A stretch of 42,444 nucleotides of DNA from Trichlorobacter lovleyi (GTDB taxonomy: Bacteria > Desulfobacterota > Desulfuromonadia > Geobacterales > Pseudopelobacteraceae). The translations under genes and the position numbers were made by a program. The notes under the pieces are model-generated. The model made no database searches, was not told where the DNA came from, and saw nothing but the letters and a program-made list of their open reading frames with translations. The stretch lies in NCBI GenBank assembly GCA_020721175.1, contig DYNH01000002.1:1-42444 (forward strand), in the 5' to 3' direction. Below are positions 41,112 through 42,444 of the stretch, piece by piece (positions within the stretch are counted from its first letter, which is position 1; every line of letters begins with the position of its first letter).

Positions 41112-42302
41112 TTACTCAACAATAGCACTGACAACACCAGCGCCTACTGTACGGCCACCCTCACGTATCGCAAACCTCAGACCTTCGTCCATTGCTATTG
41201 GTGTTATCAGGTTAACTGTCATCGCTACGTTGTCGCCTGGCATTACCATCTCGGTGCCTGATGGAAGTTCTGCTACACCGGTTACATCTGTCGTTCTAAA
41301 ATAAAACTGAGGACGGTAACCATTGAAAAATGGTGTGTGACGGCCACCCTCTTCTTTGGTGAGTACGTATGCCTCTGCCTTGAATTTTGTGTGAGGGGTT
41401 ATGCTGCCGGGCTTCGCTAATACTTGACCACGCTCTACATCTTCACGCTTGATTCCGCGTAACAAGGCTCCTATGTTGTCTCCAGCCTGTCCTTGATCAA
41501 GAAGCTTTCTGAACATTTCTACGCCTGTTACGGTTGTCTTGGTTGTGTTTCTTATCCCTACTATTTCTACTTCTTCGCCTACCTTGATTATTCCGCGCTC
41601 TACTCTGCCTGTTGCTACTGTTCCTCGTCCTGATATCGAAAATACGTCTTCTACTGGCATCAGGAATGGACGGTCTATGGCTCGCTCCGGATCAGGGATG
41701 TAAGAGTCTACTGCGTCCATTAGTGCGTTTACAGAGTCTTCTCCAAGTTCGTCTTTATCGCCGTTTAAGGCTTTGAGTGCTGAACCTTTGATTATAGGGA
41801 TGTCATCGCCAGGGAAGTCATAGCTGGAAAGTAGTTCACGTATCTCAAGCTCTACTAGCTCCAGAAGTTCTTCGTCGTCTACCATGTCAGCCTTGTTAAG
41901 GTATACTACCATGTACGGTACACCTACCTGACGCGCAAGCAGTATGTGCTCTCGTGTCTGCGGCATAGGACCGTCTGCGGCTGATACTACAAGTATCGCT
42001 CCGTCCATCTGGGCAGCGCCGGTTATCATGTTCTTGACATAGTCTGCGTGACCTGGACAGTCAACATGAGCATAATGACGCTTGTCGGTCTCATATTCTA
42101 CGTGGGCTGTTGCTATGGTGATTCCACGCTCACGCTCTTCAGGTGCATTGTCTATCTGGTCAAATGCCTTGAATTCTGCCTGACCCTTGCCTGCAAGTAC
42201 TTTAGTTATGGCGGCTGTCAGGGTTGTCTTGCCATGATCTACGTGACCAATTGTGCCGATGTTTACGTGAGTCTTGTTACGCTCAAATTTAGCCTTGCCC
42301 AT
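41112..42302 (-). CDS. tuf: Elongation factor Tu (tRNA-linked copy)
   Basis: Same protein as 24140-25330 except the penultimate residue (V vs I). Confidence 0.98.
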   Translation of the reverse strand: MGKAKFERNKTHVNIGTIGHVDHGKTTLTAAITKVLAGKGQAEFKAFDQIDNAPEERERGITIATAHVEYETDKRHYAHVDCPGHADYVKNMITGAAQMDGAILVVSAADGPMPQTREHILLARQVGVPYMVVYLNKADMVDDEELLELVELEIRELLSSYDFPGDDIPIIKGSALKALNGDKDELGEDSVNALMDAVDSYIPDPERAIDRPFLMPVEDVFSISGRGTVATGRVERGIIKVGEEVEIVGIRNTTKTTVTGVEMFRKLLDQGQAGDNIGALLRGIKREDVERGQVLAKPGSITPHTKFKAEAYVLTKEEGGRHTPFFNGYRPQFYFRTTDVTGVAELPSGTEMVMPGDNVAMTVNLITPIAMDEGLRFAIREGGRTVGAGVVSAIVE

Positions 42303-42396
42303 TGACTGGTTCCTCCTATTCCGTACATGTAAAATGAGTTATTTTTTGATTTGTGCTTTCGCTACCAGGATTTATAAAAAGCGTAACATTTAAAAA

Positions 42397-42444
42397 TGGA
42401 GCCCACATCCGGACTCGAACCGGAGACCTCTTCCTTACCAAGGA
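42397..42444 (-). tRNA. tRNA-Thr(GGT), 3' part, truncated by the window end
   Basis: Minus strand CCTT-GGT-AAGG anticodon arm, GGTTCGAGTCC, ends GGGCTCCA. Confidence 0.9.

Noticed and set aside
9621-42305. Numerous plus-strand ORFs antisense to core genes, and extended N-termini in the ORF track (rplE, rpsC, rplV, rpoB, rplJ, secE)
   Set aside because: These are shadow ORFs of conserved genes; the extensions overlap upstream genes or tRNA, and RBS-supported internal starts match the family N-termini.

Overview
The window has two parts. (1) About 9.2-42.4 kb, all on the minus strand, is the canonical Geobacteraceae-type (Desulfuromonadia) core supercluster: tRNA-Thr(partial)-tuf-rpmG-tRNA-Trp-secE-nusG-rplKAJL-rpoBC-rpsLG-fusA-tuf, then the S10, spc and alpha operons ending at rplQ. 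RpoB carries an unusual ~129-aa insertion. (2) 1-9.2 kb is an accessory region. It starts with a decaying, integron-cassette-like defence array: a C5 DNA-methyltransferase 3' remnant, an attC-like site, an orphan PemK/MazF-fold toxin gene, a promoter-driven ~120-nt structured RNA with a terminator, and a second attC-like site, all bracketed by inverted GGGGTCAGG repeats. Next comes a salt/osmotic-stress gene set: a Ca2+/Na+ antiporter behind a probable Na+ riboswitch, a DUF389 protein, a divergent DapB-like reductase, a membrane-anchored OtsA and OtsB. These genes are interspersed with REP/MITE-like elements and an IS transposase remnant. The best candidate for a little-described system is the PemK-like RNase plus a downstream structured ncRNA, whose sigma70 -35 box is encoded by codons near the end of the toxin gene. 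It is a putative RNA-antitoxin (type III-like) module carried as a gene cassette; this copy has an in-frame stop. All calls come from reading the sequence; no searches were run.
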